Source: an uncultured Alphaproteobacteria bacterium
GTDB taxonomy: Bacteria; Pseudomonadota; Alphaproteobacteria; RF32; CAG-239
DNA length: 64,000 nucleotides
Assembly: GCA_904501925.1 (NCBI GenBank)
Contig: CAJGCO010000001.1
Location: 58,485-122,484 of the forward strand
Reading direction: 5' to 3'
Below, piece by piece: positions 27,174-36,209 of the stretch (positions are counted from its first letter, which is position 1; the number at the start of each line of letters is the position of its first letter). The position numbers and the translations under genes are program-made. The notes under the pieces were generated by a model that saw only the letters and a program-made list of their open reading frames with translations, had not been told where the DNA came from and made no database searches.

Positions 27174-29621
27174 TTAGATTCCGTTGAGATACTTTGTAAC
27201 AAAGCCATCCTCGCCATATTCTTTTACCAAGCTCTCAACTAGCAACACATTCTTAATACCTGAGTTATATAATTTAAGATATGGGCCTAAACCACTTAAA
27301 TTTACATCTAAAATAACTGATTCACCTTCTCCATTTTCACCAGCATCTGCTCTCTTTACTAAAATAGCATATGGGCAATCACGATAACTCTTACCACTTA
27401 TAAAATCGTATTCACTATCTGTTAAATTCCATTTTTCATAAGATTCAGGAGTTGCTTGAGTATTTCTAAAGAAGATAAGAGTTTTACACTGACCACGCAC
27501 AGCGTCACCTACACCTAATGCATCAACAATATTTGGTTGTTGGAACGCACATAAATATGCTTGTCGTTTTTTACGTCCCTCTTGCAAACCTTTGATAAAT
27601 GAATCTCTAAACATTTCGTGCTTCAACATAGGAGCAGTCTCGTCTATCATAATTAATGCAGGGCTACCTGTTTCTGTACTTTCTGCCTGTATTCTATGCA
27701 TGATATAACTAATTGACGCTGCTGCTAAAACTTCATCATCAAAGATATCAGTAAAATCAAATGCTACAAAACGATTTGAACTTAAATCTAAGCTATCATG
27801 ATCCGCATTGAATATATTACCGTATTGTTCAGGATTTATCCAACGATATAATTCTCTTCGCATACTACCTGTTGGAGAGAAACAGCTCTTATATAAATTA
27901 CTTAATTTTCTTTCATCTGATTTCAAATAATCAAACGCTGTTGTAACTGCTCGGCTTGCCTCTCTATCAGATAAGGCATCTTTTGCCATAGTTATCGCTT
28001 TTAACCAGTTACGTAAAAATGCTCTATTACCTGATGTATCTCTTGTATCAAAAGGATTTAACGACACATTTTTACGCTCACCACTAAATCCAACGTATGC
28101 ACCTTTTACTGTATGAGTAAAAATCTCGGCACCTCTATGACGGTCAAAGAAATATACTTTTAAATCACTATGACGCATTGCCTGACCAGCTAAGAAGGTT
28201 AAAAGAGTTGTTTTACCTTGACCTGTTGGACCAACAATACAGCAGTGCGCAACAGCTGATTCAGCTGCTGAAACGTGGAACTGGAACTGATATGGAGAAC
28301 CACTCATTGTTCTAAATACACTAATTGCCCCCTCACCCCAGTCACTTCTTGATAATCCAGTTGGATATTGATCAAATGAAACAGCTAAAGCAACAATACG
28401 TGACAGATAAAAATAAGAACGCCCACAAACATCATATCCTGGAAATTGATTAAAAAATGTAGCTTGAGTAATCCAATTTTCTCTAACAGGTGTTACACTA
28501 AATAAACGACATATTCTTTGAATTTCGCTTTCTCCAAATAATATTTCATCAATACTATCGCCTTTTAATATGAAACTCATTGAATATTGAACTAATGATT
28601 GATGATCTGCATCGCTATCTTCTATTGCACCAAGAGCTTCACTGTATTGCATAACAACATCTGATGAAAAACTGGTAGCTTCTGCCATTTTTTGTTGTTG
28701 TACTAAAACCATTCGTGCTTTAGGTTTGTAAAAAGGATTTATATTATGCAATATTGTTAATTCGCAATCAATAGACATTAACGCTGATAACATATTTTCA
28801 TCCATATAGTCACCAGATGTTCTAATCCCCATTGCTATGGCAAATTTTTCTTTTTCTCCAGAAAAGAATTTTATAACACCTTCTTCTCCTGTAAAATGTA
28901 TTCCATCTGAGCTTAAAAGTTCTTTTAATTGAAATCCTTCAGCGCCTCTTGCTTTAGGCTTTGGTTTACTAATTGGATTTAACACTCTAACAAATGGATA
29001 AAACGGGCTCATTTCTGCAGGACTAGTTTCATCCTCATACATAACCTTAACCCCGTAATCATTTAAGTTTGCAAGTACAGATTGTGATGCATAGTTTAAA
29101 TCTTTAATTGCATCTTTAGTATCTGCTATTGACAATATGATATAGTGGTCATTTTTGTATACTCTACTTAAATTTTCACGCCATTTTTCATCGACCACTT
29201 CTAGCCACTTATTACCAAAATCAACTTTATTTTTTGCGACTTCTGAACGTTCTCTTATTGTAAAAACTCGACATTTAATTTGAAGATCGGCCATATTATC
29301 TATCCAAGCCTTTCTAGCTTCAAACATAGATACTATTGTTTCTTCTGTTGCTGCAGATAAATCTAAACCACTAACTTTAAAAACCCTTACATATGAACCA
29401 TTTGAACATCTAATAGTTGTACCATCTGAAAGTAATCTATCAAAAGGCAAAAAATCAGCAACCCTTGTTTCGTTTGGTTGTGGCAAAATGATTGCCCCTA
29501 ACTTTGTTACCATTGATACAGCTATAGCGATAGCTGCTATAATACCAATAACAGATACTACAACCTCTGCACTTTGCAAACCTGATATAAACAGAGTATA
29601 AAAATCAAAATTAAGGTTCAA
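27174..29621 (-). CDS. virB4: T4SS ATPase VirB4
   Basis: 815 aa. Walker A GPTGQGKTTLL and Walker B region LIMIDE. The N-terminal hydrophobic segment is atypical. It overlaps virB3 by 11 nt. Confidence 0.92.
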   Translation of the reverse strand: MNLNFDFYTLFISGLQSAEVVVSVIGIIAAIAIAVSMVTKLGAIILPQPNETRVADFLPFDRLLSDGTTIRCSNGSYVRVFKVSGLDLSAATEETIVSMFEARKAWIDNMADLQIKCRVFTIRERSEVAKNKVDFGNKWLEVVDEKWRENLSRVYKNDHYIILSIADTKDAIKDLNYASQSVLANLNDYGVKVMYEDETSPAEMSPFYPFVRVLNPISKPKPKARGAEGFQLKELLSSDGIHFTGEEGVIKFFSGEKEKFAIAMGIRTSGDYMDENMLSALMSIDCELTILHNINPFYKPKARMVLVQQQKMAEATSFSSDVVMQYSEALGAIEDSDADHQSLVQYSMSFILKGDSIDEILFGESEIQRICRLFSVTPVRENWITQATFFNQFPGYDVCGRSYFYLSRIVALAVSFDQYPTGLSRSDWGEGAISVFRTMSGSPYQFQFHVSAAESAVAHCCIVGPTGQGKTTLLTFLAGQAMRHSDLKVYFFDRHRGAEIFTHTVKGAYVGFSGERKNVSLNPFDTRDTSGNRAFLRNWLKAITMAKDALSDREASRAVTTAFDYLKSDERKLSNLYKSCFSPTGSMRRELYRWINPEQYGNIFNADHDSLDLSSNRFVAFDFTDIFDDEVLAAASISYIMHRIQAESTETGSPALIMIDETAPMLKHEMFRDSFIKGLQEGRKKRQAYLCAFQQPNIVDALGVGDAVRGQCKTLIFFRNTQATPESYEKWNLTDSEYDFISGKSYRDCPYAILVKRADAGENGEGESVILDVNLSGLGPYLKLYNSGIKNVLLVESLVKEYGEDGFVTKYLNGI

Positions 29622-29901
29622 ATTTATGTCCTTTCACTTTATATAAGTTATTTGGAACAACATTTGTCATACCAAATGCTTGTATCATATTAGATAAATG
29701 AGGATCTTTTGAACTTAACGCCACAACAATTACATGTCCAACTAAAATACTTACAATAAATATTAAAGGGTTGGCTTGCCAAATACCGATCGCCATAAAC
29801 ATAAAAGGAACTTGCAATCCAAAATTTAATGCTGCAGGCAAAACAGCCCCCCAAAAAATCTTAGGAGGATTAGCAACAGCTTTTAATATCATTTCTCTCA
29901 T
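29611..29901 (-). CDS. virB3: T4SS protein VirB3
   Basis: 96 aa with two TM helices. It sits immediately upstream of virB4 and overlaps it. Confidence 0.8.
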   Translation of the reverse strand: MREMILKAVANPPKIFWGAVLPAALNFGLQVPFMFMAIGIWQANPLIFIVSILVGHVIVVALSSKDPHLSNMIQAFGMTNVVPNNLYKVKGHKFEP

Positions 29902-29989
29902 AGCACGACTTCCTTTTATATAGAAGCAAATTATAAGACTTTATTTATTATAAAATGATTAATATTTAAGATAATTTTATAAATAAATT

Positions 29990-30358
29990 CTATCCTCTAC
30001 ATAAACTACTACTACAAACAGCACCTTTATAAGTATCTTTAAACTTGCTCTCTAAGTTCATTTGACTATCACCTGTAACATAATCAATTAGAGAACCTAC
30101 ACCTGACATAAAAAACAAGCTTATTGCTATGTAAGAAAGGTGCTTAAAGTTTATTTTTCCTCCGATTGCTAAAAAAGTAAACATCACGATACCAAAACTT
30201 GAGATTACATATGCAAATGTACGTAACCCTACAGCAAATTCAATTGTTTTACCAGAAAGAAGATCAAAGATATTACCAGCATAAGCCTCTGAGCATACAC
30301 ATAAAGATAAAATCAATACATTTACTATTAATGTAGATATTTTCCTAAATATTCTCAT
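29990..30358 (-). CDS. virB2: VirB2/TrbC-like pilin paralog 4
   Basis: Signal peptide plus two TM helices. It aligns by eye to paralogs 1 and 2: GGKINFKHL versus FGKVKWTWF, and LIDYVTGDS versus IINYATGDS. The C-terminal tail is Cys-rich. Confidence 0.65.
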   Translation of the reverse strand: MRIFRKISTLIVNVLILSLCVCSEAYAGNIFDLLSGKTIEFAVGLRTFAYVISSFGIVMFTFLAIGGKINFKHLSYIAISLFFMSGVGSLIDYVTGDSQMNLESKFKDTYKGAVCSSSLCRG

Positions 30359-30368
30359 AGCACCCTCC

Positions 30369-30680
30369 TTAACCTAAATCTGGCTTTGTATTATCTGGAG
30401 AAAACAATACAATAAACTCTGAACAAAGTGAAATAACTAGCAAACCTATGGCAATAGCAGTCAACCACTTCCAATTTATACTACCAAACGCACCAGCAAT
30501 ACACACACAAATAATTCCAACTGCAGATGCTGGATAAATAATTTTTCTTAATCCCTGAAAAATTTGTTTACCTGAGTTTGTCAAGCTATCAAACGTACCA
30601 GCCAATGCTACATCAGGAAGAAGCAGCACAGCTAAAACCAGCACCAATACTAAAATATGTGTTTTATTTAAGTTTAACAT
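30369..30680 (-). CDS. virB2: VirB2/TrbC-like pilin paralog 3
   Basis: 103 aa. The signal ends DVALA. Two TM helices with GAFGSINWKWLTAIAIGL, matching the FGKVKWTWFAGLAVGL core of paralogs 1 and 2. Confidence 0.65.
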   Translation of the reverse strand: MLNLNKTHILVLVLVLAVLLLPDVALAGTFDSLTNSGKQIFQGLRKIIYPASAVGIICVCIAGAFGSINWKWLTAIAIGLLVISLCSEFIVLFSPDNTKPDLG

Positions 30681-30797
30681 AATAAACCTCCCTCCCGAGC
30701 GTTTTCTTTTATTGTATCATAAAAAAAATGTTTTTTCCAGCAAAAAAAAATATCTAAAAATACATCCATCTTATTGTTTTATATACTTTTTTACCTT

Positions 30798-30816
30798 TTG
30801 TAACAAAAATTTAATA
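30798..30816 (-). promoter_or_regulatory. Copy 1 of the conserved 19-bp motif TTGTAACAAAAnnTTAACA
   Basis: TTGTAACAAAAATTTAATA, located 118 nt upstream of the pilin paralog 3 start. Confidence 0.4.
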
Positions 30817-30835
30817 TTATTATTTATTAGTAAAC

Positions 30836-30865
30836 AAAAAAGTGGCTGCAAAGCAACCACTTTTT
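30836..30865 (-). terminator. Rho-independent terminator after virB2 paralog 2
   Basis: GTGGCTGC-AAA-GCAACCAC hairpin (one mismatch) flanked by A6 and T5 runs, so it gives a T-run on either strand. Confidence 0.6.
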
Positions 30866-30887
30866 CATTTTATTAGCACTTAGGTAC

Positions 30888-31253
30888 TTATTTACCACTA
30901 CCGATACCACCTTGACCTGAAGCCATAAATGTATCACCCAAGTTTGAACCACCGGCAGTTGAATCACCTGTTGCGTAGTTAATAATAGCTGATGCAGCAG
31001 CCAAGATACCAAGACCTACAGCAAGACCAGCAAACCATGTCCATTTTACCTTACCAAAGATAGCTTGGAAAGCAATACCTACTAAACCAAAACCACCTAC
31101 TACGAAGATAATTGTTTTAACGTGTTTAAATAAACCCACTGCTTTGTTTGTTGCTACTTCCATAACGCCATCAGCAAATGATGCATTTACAAACAATACT
31201 GTAAACATCAAAACTAAGGAGCAAAGCACCATAATTTTCTTTAAATTTTTCAT
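30888..31253 (-). CDS. virB2: VirB2/TrbC-like pilin paralog 2 (121 aa from the ATG at 31253)
   Basis: An AGGAG RBS precedes the ATG at 31253, so the track start at 31298 is probably too long. The central 81 residues are identical to paralog 1 (SFADGVM-VATNKAVGLFKHVKTIIFVVGGFGLVGIAFQAIFGKVKWTWFAGLAVGLGILAAASAIINYATGDSTAGG, with only D/E at position 8). Confidence 0.75.
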   Translation of the reverse strand: MKNLKKIMVLCSLVLMFTVLFVNASFADGVMEVATNKAVGLFKHVKTIIFVVGGFGLVGIAFQAIFGKVKWTWFAGLAVGLGILAAASAIINYATGDSTAGGSNLGDTFMASGQGGIGSGK

Positions 31254-31372
31254 TTTATTTCTCCTAAAATAGAATTTCACACTTATAATACTACACAATT
31301 TTAAAAAAAAATCAAGTACCTATACTTGCAAAGCAATCGATATAACACATTGTTTTTATTTATATTTTAAAG

Positions 31373-31391
31373 TTGTAACAAAACTTTAACA
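31373..31391 (-). promoter_or_regulatory. Copy 2 of the conserved 19-bp motif
   Basis: TTGTAACAAAACTTTAACA, located 120 nt upstream of the pilin paralog 2 start. The flanking DNA is not otherwise similar to the other copies. Confidence 0.4.
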
Positions 31392-31402
31392 TTTAACCAA
31401 AC

Positions 31403-31433
31403 AAAAAAGTGGATGCAAAGCAACCACTTTTTT
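31403..31433 (-). terminator. Rho-independent terminator after virB2 paralog 1
   Basis: GTGGATGC-AAA-GCAACCAC hairpin with A6 and T6 flanks. It is a duplicate of the element at 30836-30865. Confidence 0.6.
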
Positions 31434-31454
31434 GTTTTATTAGCACTTAGGTAT

Positions 31455-31826
31455 TTATTTAGCACCACCACTACCGATACTACCTTCACCTGAAGACGTA
31501 AATGTATCACCCAATTGTGTACCACCGGCAGTTGAATCACCTGTTGCGTAGTTAATAATAGCTGATGCAGCAGCCAAGATACCAAGACCTACAGCAAGAC
31601 CAGCAAACCATGTCCATTTTACCTTACCAAAGATAGCTTGGAAAGCAATACCCACTAAACCAAAACCACCTACTACAAAGATAATTGTTTTAACATGTTT
31701 AAATAAACCCACTGCTTTGTTTGTTGCTACATCCATAACGCCATCAGCAAATGATGCATCTGCAAATACAACTGTAAAAACGAGCGCCAAAGAGCAAAGC
31801 ATCATAATTTTATTTAATTTTCTCAT
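31455..31826 (-). CDS. virB2: VirB2/TrbC-like pilin paralog 1
   Basis: 123 aa. RBS AAGGAGAGG. Signal peptide MRKLNKIMMLCSLALVFTVVFADASFA, two TM helices and a Gly/Ser tail. Confidence 0.75.
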   Translation of the reverse strand: MRKLNKIMMLCSLALVFTVVFADASFADGVMDVATNKAVGLFKHVKTIIFVVGGFGLVGIAFQAIFGKVKWTWFAGLAVGLGILAAASAIINYATGDSTAGGTQLGDTFTSSGEGSIGSGGAK

Positions 31827-31954
31827 TGTTCCTCTCCTTAAAAAATATAATTTTATTACACATTATTATTATTGCATATTTTCCCAAAAAAAGCAATAAT
31901 ACAGACTTTGAGTAAAACAACACTAACAATCTGTTTTAACAACAAAAAACACTT

Positions 31955-31973
31955 CTGTAACAAAAAATTAACA
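31955..31973 (-). promoter_or_regulatory. Copy 3 of the conserved 19-bp motif
   Basis: CTGTAACAAAAAATTAACA, located 129 nt upstream of the pilin paralog 1 start, in the divergent T4SS/T4P intergenic region. Confidence 0.4.
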
Positions 31974-32009
31974 CCACATAAAACGCCATTTTAAGCTAAA
32001 AAAATCACC

Positions 32010-32028
32010 TTGTAACAAAACCTTAACA
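32010..32028 (-). promoter_or_regulatory. Copy 4 of the conserved 19-bp motif
   Basis: TTGTAACAAAACCTTAACA, located 184 nt upstream of pilin paralog 1 and 144 nt upstream of the plus-strand ORF at 32172. Confidence 0.4.
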
Positions 32029-32171
32029 CAAATAAGCACTTAAAAAAGAATCGGCAAAAGATAAGAAAATTATTTTATTGTTATTAGTTACATAAATAAT
32101 ATTGCAATCTATTTTAATAAATGTTTAAAATATGGTTAATATTGGGTCAACGCGTTTAGTATCGAAATAAA

Positions 32172-33398
32172 ATGCACAATACAAAGTGGTTTATAACAGG
32201 TTTTTGCCTATCTTTTTTCACCATATTAACTATGGCATACACTAGTAATACCCAAAAAAACAAAGAAAAACCATATACTTCTGCAAAAATTGAGCTATAC
32301 AAGAAAAACGCTCCAGCTGTTACATATTTAACAGCCAGCAATACAATAAAGAAGAATACGATATTTAAAACACCAACTGCTTTTTCACAAGAAACTGCAG
32401 ATGAAGAAATATTGAGCATTAATATTAATAACGAAATCCCTATAGATTTTAACAACACACTATCAGATAACAAAAAAGCTCTAATAACAACAAATATAAA
32501 CAACAATCTATCTGCATCACTACCTAGTGAGATAAACACAAATACAACTCAAAACGCCACAAATACAAATAACGAAACAATAAACAGTGACGATGTTTTA
32601 GAACTTGTAAACAGCAATAAACACAAACTTTCTTTACCAGGTGATAACATCATTGACAGCCAAGCATCATTTATGGTCGCAGAAAGAATTAAAGAAAGCG
32701 TACTATTCCCAATATCAGAAGAAATATTGAACGATGAAAATCTAACACCCACTTTTATTAACACAAAAAACAAAAATAAATCTAAAACCAAAGAAAACAA
32801 AAAACCAAACATAACAAAAAAAGAAACAACATCACAAACCACAAAAACAACACAAACAGCAACACACCAGGACAAGCAAAAGAAAAACTCTAATTTTCTT
32901 TTAGACAATTTATCCTCTCTTTTCCAAAAGAAAGAAGAGACAACTTCTAATACACATAAAAGCAAAAAAGTTGCACCAACATATAGCAACAACACAACAC
33001 AACAAACCAATCTAAACAAAATACAAAAAAACACTCCAAAAAATCAGCAAATAGGTTCGTTTTACGAAGCACTAAAAGAAACAAAACACAATCACGAAGT
33101 AAAGAACATCATTCCAAAGGAACTATCTTTACACTTTAGCCCTAACAAAGCTGAAATAACAGGAAAAACTCTTAAATGGATCAAAGCTCTTAGCAACGAA
33201 ACAATAAAAAACAACAAAAGACTAGAAATAACTTTAGCTAACACAACAGACACACCACTACAAGAAAAAAGATTAAATCTTCTATACAACATATTAACAA
33301 GCACAGATATCGACTTTTCTAAAATCGACATATCAACTGCTAATATCAATGAAGACACATTTATTATTATGATAAAAAACAACAATCAAGAAATGTAA
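32172..33398 (+). CDS. Hypothetical membrane-anchored low-complexity (T/N/K/Q-rich) protein, first ORF of the plus-strand pilus cluster
   Basis: A continuous 408-aa ORF with an N-terminal hydrophobic helix (WFITGFCLSFFTILTMAY). The last 100 aa or so look structured. There is no clear RBS and the A-rich composition weakens the call. Confidence 0.45.
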   Translation: MHNTKWFITGFCLSFFTILTMAYTSNTQKNKEKPYTSAKIELYKKNAPAVTYLTASNTIKKNTIFKTPTAFSQETADEEILSININNEIPIDFNNTLSDNKKALITTNINNNLSASLPSEINTNTTQNATNTNNETINSDDVLELVNSNKHKLSLPGDNIIDSQASFMVAERIKESVLFPISEEILNDENLTPTFINTKNKNKSKTKENKKPNITKKETTSQTTKTTQTATHQDKQKKNSNFLLDNLSSLFQKKEETTSNTHKSKKVAPTYSNNTTQQTNLNKIQKNTPKNQQIGSFYEALKETKHNHEVKNIIPKELSLHFSPNKAEITGKTLKWIKALSNETIKNNKRLEITLANTTDTPLQEKRLNLLYNILTSTDIDFSKIDISTANINEDTFIIMIKNNNQEM

Positions 33399-33504
33399 AA
33401 AAAATATATCAATAAAGAGTTTATAAGTAATTCGTCACGCTTGATAAATTATTTTTTAACATTTATTCTTGTTTTAAGATTGTATTTAAATGACAGGTTG
33501 AGAT

Positions 33505-34608
33505 ATGAAAAAAGTTATTATATTATCAGTTTCATTATTGTGCTTAGGAGGAATTTCTTCTTGCAGCACATTAAACGCAAAACAAGTAAGCAATAACGAT
33601 GAGTTATTTATAGAAGAAGTGTATACTAGCGATAATTCTGCTAATAATGTACAATGTGCAAATGGCGAGAGTTGTAATGATAGCGCTTTAATTAATTATA
33701 CAAAAACAGAAACAGATTTTAGAGAATATGGCGAAAGAACCAAAAGAGATCATTTATATACACAATCCGGAACTGGAAACAATTTAACTGCTTCTATCCA
33801 ACCTTCTGTTGAAGATGATATAGTAATATCAAACAGCTTTAATGATGAAATAAATTCACTTAAAACAGCTGAACAAACAATAAATAACGAAATTATAGAT
33901 AATGATTTCAGCCAAACAGATGATTTTACTTTAAGCAACGAAGCTGAAGATGATGATTTCAGTAAAACAGCTTCTTTTATTTTAGAGACATCTCCTGTTG
34001 ATGCTGATATTGCTAAGGATGATAACAACCAAAGTACAGAAAACAAAGTTACAAGAACTGTTAGCGTTGTTGAAGAAATTATTGAAGAAAATAGAGAAAA
34101 TGAAGAAATAAAAGTAGCATCTGCCGATGCTGAATTTAGTGTAATCTGCGAGGAAGATTGCGAAGATTTATTCTTAGAAGGAGACAACAATATTTCTTCA
34201 GAATTCACAGAAGAATCGTTTGATATTGAAGAATTCGTTAATAATGACAATGAAGATATAAACATAGAACAAGATACAGATAAAGAAACTTTAATTGCTG
34301 AACTTGAAACTGAAATTAAAGAAGTAAAAGTTACTGACGATACAGTTCTTATTTGGGAAGCAAAAGAAGGCGATAATTTAAGAGAATTACTAACAAAATG
34401 GAGTGGAATGTCTGGATGGAAATTACTTTGGAATACAAACAGAAACTACATTCTTAGCGCAGGTGTTACATTTAAGGGTAAATTTGCAGATGTTAGCTCT
34501 GCTTTAATAAGAGCGTTTGCAAGAGCGAGACCAGCACCTATTGCTACTTACTATAAAGGAAACCGTGTAATCGTTGTTGAAACAATGGAGAATGAGAATG
34601 CGTACTAA
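33505..34608 (+). CDS. pilL: PilL/TcpQ-like type IVb pilus lipoprotein with a long acidic linker
   Basis: Lipobox LGGISSC. About 250 aa are D/E-rich. The C-terminus, LIWEAKEGDNLRELLTKWSGMSGWKLLWNTNRNYILSAGVTFKGKFADVSSALIRAFARARPAPIATYYKGNRVIVVE, fits the TcpQ/PilL C-terminal domain pattern. Confidence 0.65.
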   Translation: MKKVIILSVSLLCLGGISSCSTLNAKQVSNNDELFIEEVYTSDNSANNVQCANGESCNDSALINYTKTETDFREYGERTKRDHLYTQSGTGNNLTASIQPSVEDDIVISNSFNDEINSLKTAEQTINNEIIDNDFSQTDDFTLSNEAEDDDFSKTASFILETSPVDADIAKDDNNQSTENKVTRTVSVVEEIIEENRENEEIKVASADAEFSVICEEDCEDLFLEGDNNISSEFTEESFDIEEFVNNDNEDINIEQDTDKETLIAELETEIKEVKVTDDTVLIWEAKEGDNLRELLTKWSGMSGWKLLWNTNRNYILSAGVTFKGKFADVSSALIRAFARARPAPIATYYKGNRVIVVETMENENAY

Positions 34609-36199
34609 TGATAAATATATAATAGGATTGGCTAGTCTATTGTTGCTAGGAGTAACATCTTGTTCTCTACCAACCGATTATGATGCAAGTATTGAAAGAG
34701 ATGTTGATGCGACTATTCAATATAAAGAGGACGCAAAAGCTCCTCAAAAGCCAACTGATACTGATGTAATCAGAATAAAAGATGATATTTGGCTTGGTAA
34801 TACTAGCGAAATTGAATATGAAGGCGACAAACCATTACCTAGCTATTTAGAAACAGCTGACGGCGTTACATTAGTTAGCAATAGACCTATTACATTATAT
34901 GAAATAGGTAACATGATTAACCAAATGACTTCTATTAAAATGCGTTTTGCACCACAATTGGAAGGACCTGCAAAAGCTGCAGCAGACAAAAACGCTCCAT
35001 CAGTTCAAAAAGTTGGAAATAAATGGTCTGATACATCTAGAATGCTTGTTTCATATAAAGGCTCATTAAGTGGATTATTAGATGAAGTTTGTTCTTATTT
35101 TGGTGTTTGGTGGAAATATGAACATGGTGAAATTTATATCTATAAATATACAACAAAAACATTTACATTATATACTCTTCCAACAACACCATCTATGACC
35201 TCTAGTGTAAGCAGCTCTTCTGGTGGTGGAAGTATTACAAGTGGTGTGTCTAGTATTGATTTATGGGGCAATATTGTTACAGCAGTTAGATCAATGCTTG
35301 GCGCTGGTTCTAGTATTGTAACAGATTCATCTAGTGGTACGTTAACAATCACCGCAACACCTACTGAAATAAAGAAAGTTGCAAAATTTGTTCATGAACA
35401 AAATGTTAGACTATCTCGTCAAGTTGCAATTAGTGTGAAAGTGTTGCAAGTTGAAGTAAGTGAAAATAATGGATTTGGTTTTGACTTAGATTTTGTATTT
35501 AAAGATAGAACTCAAAGTGGTGGTAATATTTCATTAGGTAGTGTTACAACACCTTCGGGAATGACTGACAATAATGCAGGTATTTCTATGAAAATTTTGA
35601 GTGGGGATGTTTCTGTTACTGCTGCGATGCAAGCTCTTGCAAAACAAGGTTCTACAACACTTGTAACTAGTGGTACTGTTACAACTATGAACAACAAACC
35701 TGCACCTATTCAGGTTGTTAAAACTCAAAACTATATCTCTGAATACACCAAAACTAATAATGGTACAGTAAGTGGAGAAGCATCTTGGGATACGACTGTT
35801 AGTACAGAAGAAATTGAAACTGGTTTCACTCTTGATGTATTACCAAGAATTATGGATCATGGTAGATTAATGATGTTATTTAGTTTAAATCTATCTGATT
35901 TATTATCTTTAGAAAAAGTTGAGTTAGATAATTCTGGAGAATCCGGATACATTCAAAACCCAATTATTGAAGAAAGAGGTTTCTCTCAAGAAGTTGCATT
36001 AAAATCAGGTGAAACATTGGTATTATCTGGTTATGAAAGAGTTGAAACTGCTAGCCAAAAAACTGGTTTAGGAGCTGTAAACAATAATGTATTGGGTGGA
36101 ACACAAGAAGTTAATAAAACAAGAAGTATTGTTGTGATTTTATTAACACCTGTTGTGTTAGAATCTCCATTATTACCAGAATCTCGTATGAATTATTAA
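34598..36199 (+). CDS. pilN: Secretin, R64 PilN-type lipoprotein (type IVb pilus outer-membrane channel)
   Basis: The ATG at 34598 follows GGAG (the track start at 34574 is upstream). Lipobox LLGVTSC. Secretin C-domain: TLVTSGTVTTMNNKPAPIQVVKTQNYISEY, GFTLDVLPRI, GETLVLSGYER and SIVVILLTPVVL. Confidence 0.85.
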   Translation: MRTNDKYIIGLASLLLLGVTSCSLPTDYDASIERDVDATIQYKEDAKAPQKPTDTDVIRIKDDIWLGNTSEIEYEGDKPLPSYLETADGVTLVSNRPITLYEIGNMINQMTSIKMRFAPQLEGPAKAAADKNAPSVQKVGNKWSDTSRMLVSYKGSLSGLLDEVCSYFGVWWKYEHGEIYIYKYTTKTFTLYTLPTTPSMTSSVSSSSGGGSITSGVSSIDLWGNIVTAVRSMLGAGSSIVTDSSSGTLTITATPTEIKKVAKFVHEQNVRLSRQVAISVKVLQVEVSENNGFGFDLDFVFKDRTQSGGNISLGSVTTPSGMTDNNAGISMKILSGDVSVTAAMQALAKQGSTTLVTSGTVTTMNNKPAPIQVVKTQNYISEYTKTNNGTVSGEASWDTTVSTEEIETGFTLDVLPRIMDHGRLMMLFSLNLSDLLSLEKVELDNSGESGYIQNPIIEERGFSQEVALKSGETLVLSGYERVETASQKTGLGAVNNNVLGGTQEVNKTRSIVVILLTPVVLESPLLPESRMNY

Positions 36200-36209
36200 G
36201 GAGCGTATA

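Larger units (their letters stand above)
30836..31826 (-). repeat. Tandem duplication (period about 570 bp) of a virB2 gene plus its terminator
   Basis: The coding cores and the downstream hairpins of 30836-31253 and 31403-31826 are near-identical. The signal peptides and the last 20-21 residues differ. Confidence 0.8.

Noticed and set aside
16264-27387. Short plus-strand ORFs (60-134 aa) scattered through 16.2-27.4 kb, plus the minus-strand ORF at 17458-17685.
   Set aside because: All are embedded in, or antisense to, the long secreted-protein and virB4 ORFs. Their compositions are typical of AT-rich antisense frames.
30827-31585. Track ORFs 30827-31012 and 31367-31585 (61 and 72 aa, near-identical to each other).
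   Set aside because: They are alternative-frame ORFs overlapping the 3' ends of the two duplicated virB2 genes. Their similarity simply reflects the tandem duplication.
32156-33385. Three hydrophobic minus-strand ORFs: 32156-32539, 32549-33034 and 33092-33385.
   Set aside because: They are antisense to the A-rich 408-aa plus-strand ORF. F/L/V-rich pseudo-membrane translations are the expected artefact of reading poly-A/T-rich DNA backwards, and the frame is broken into three pieces.
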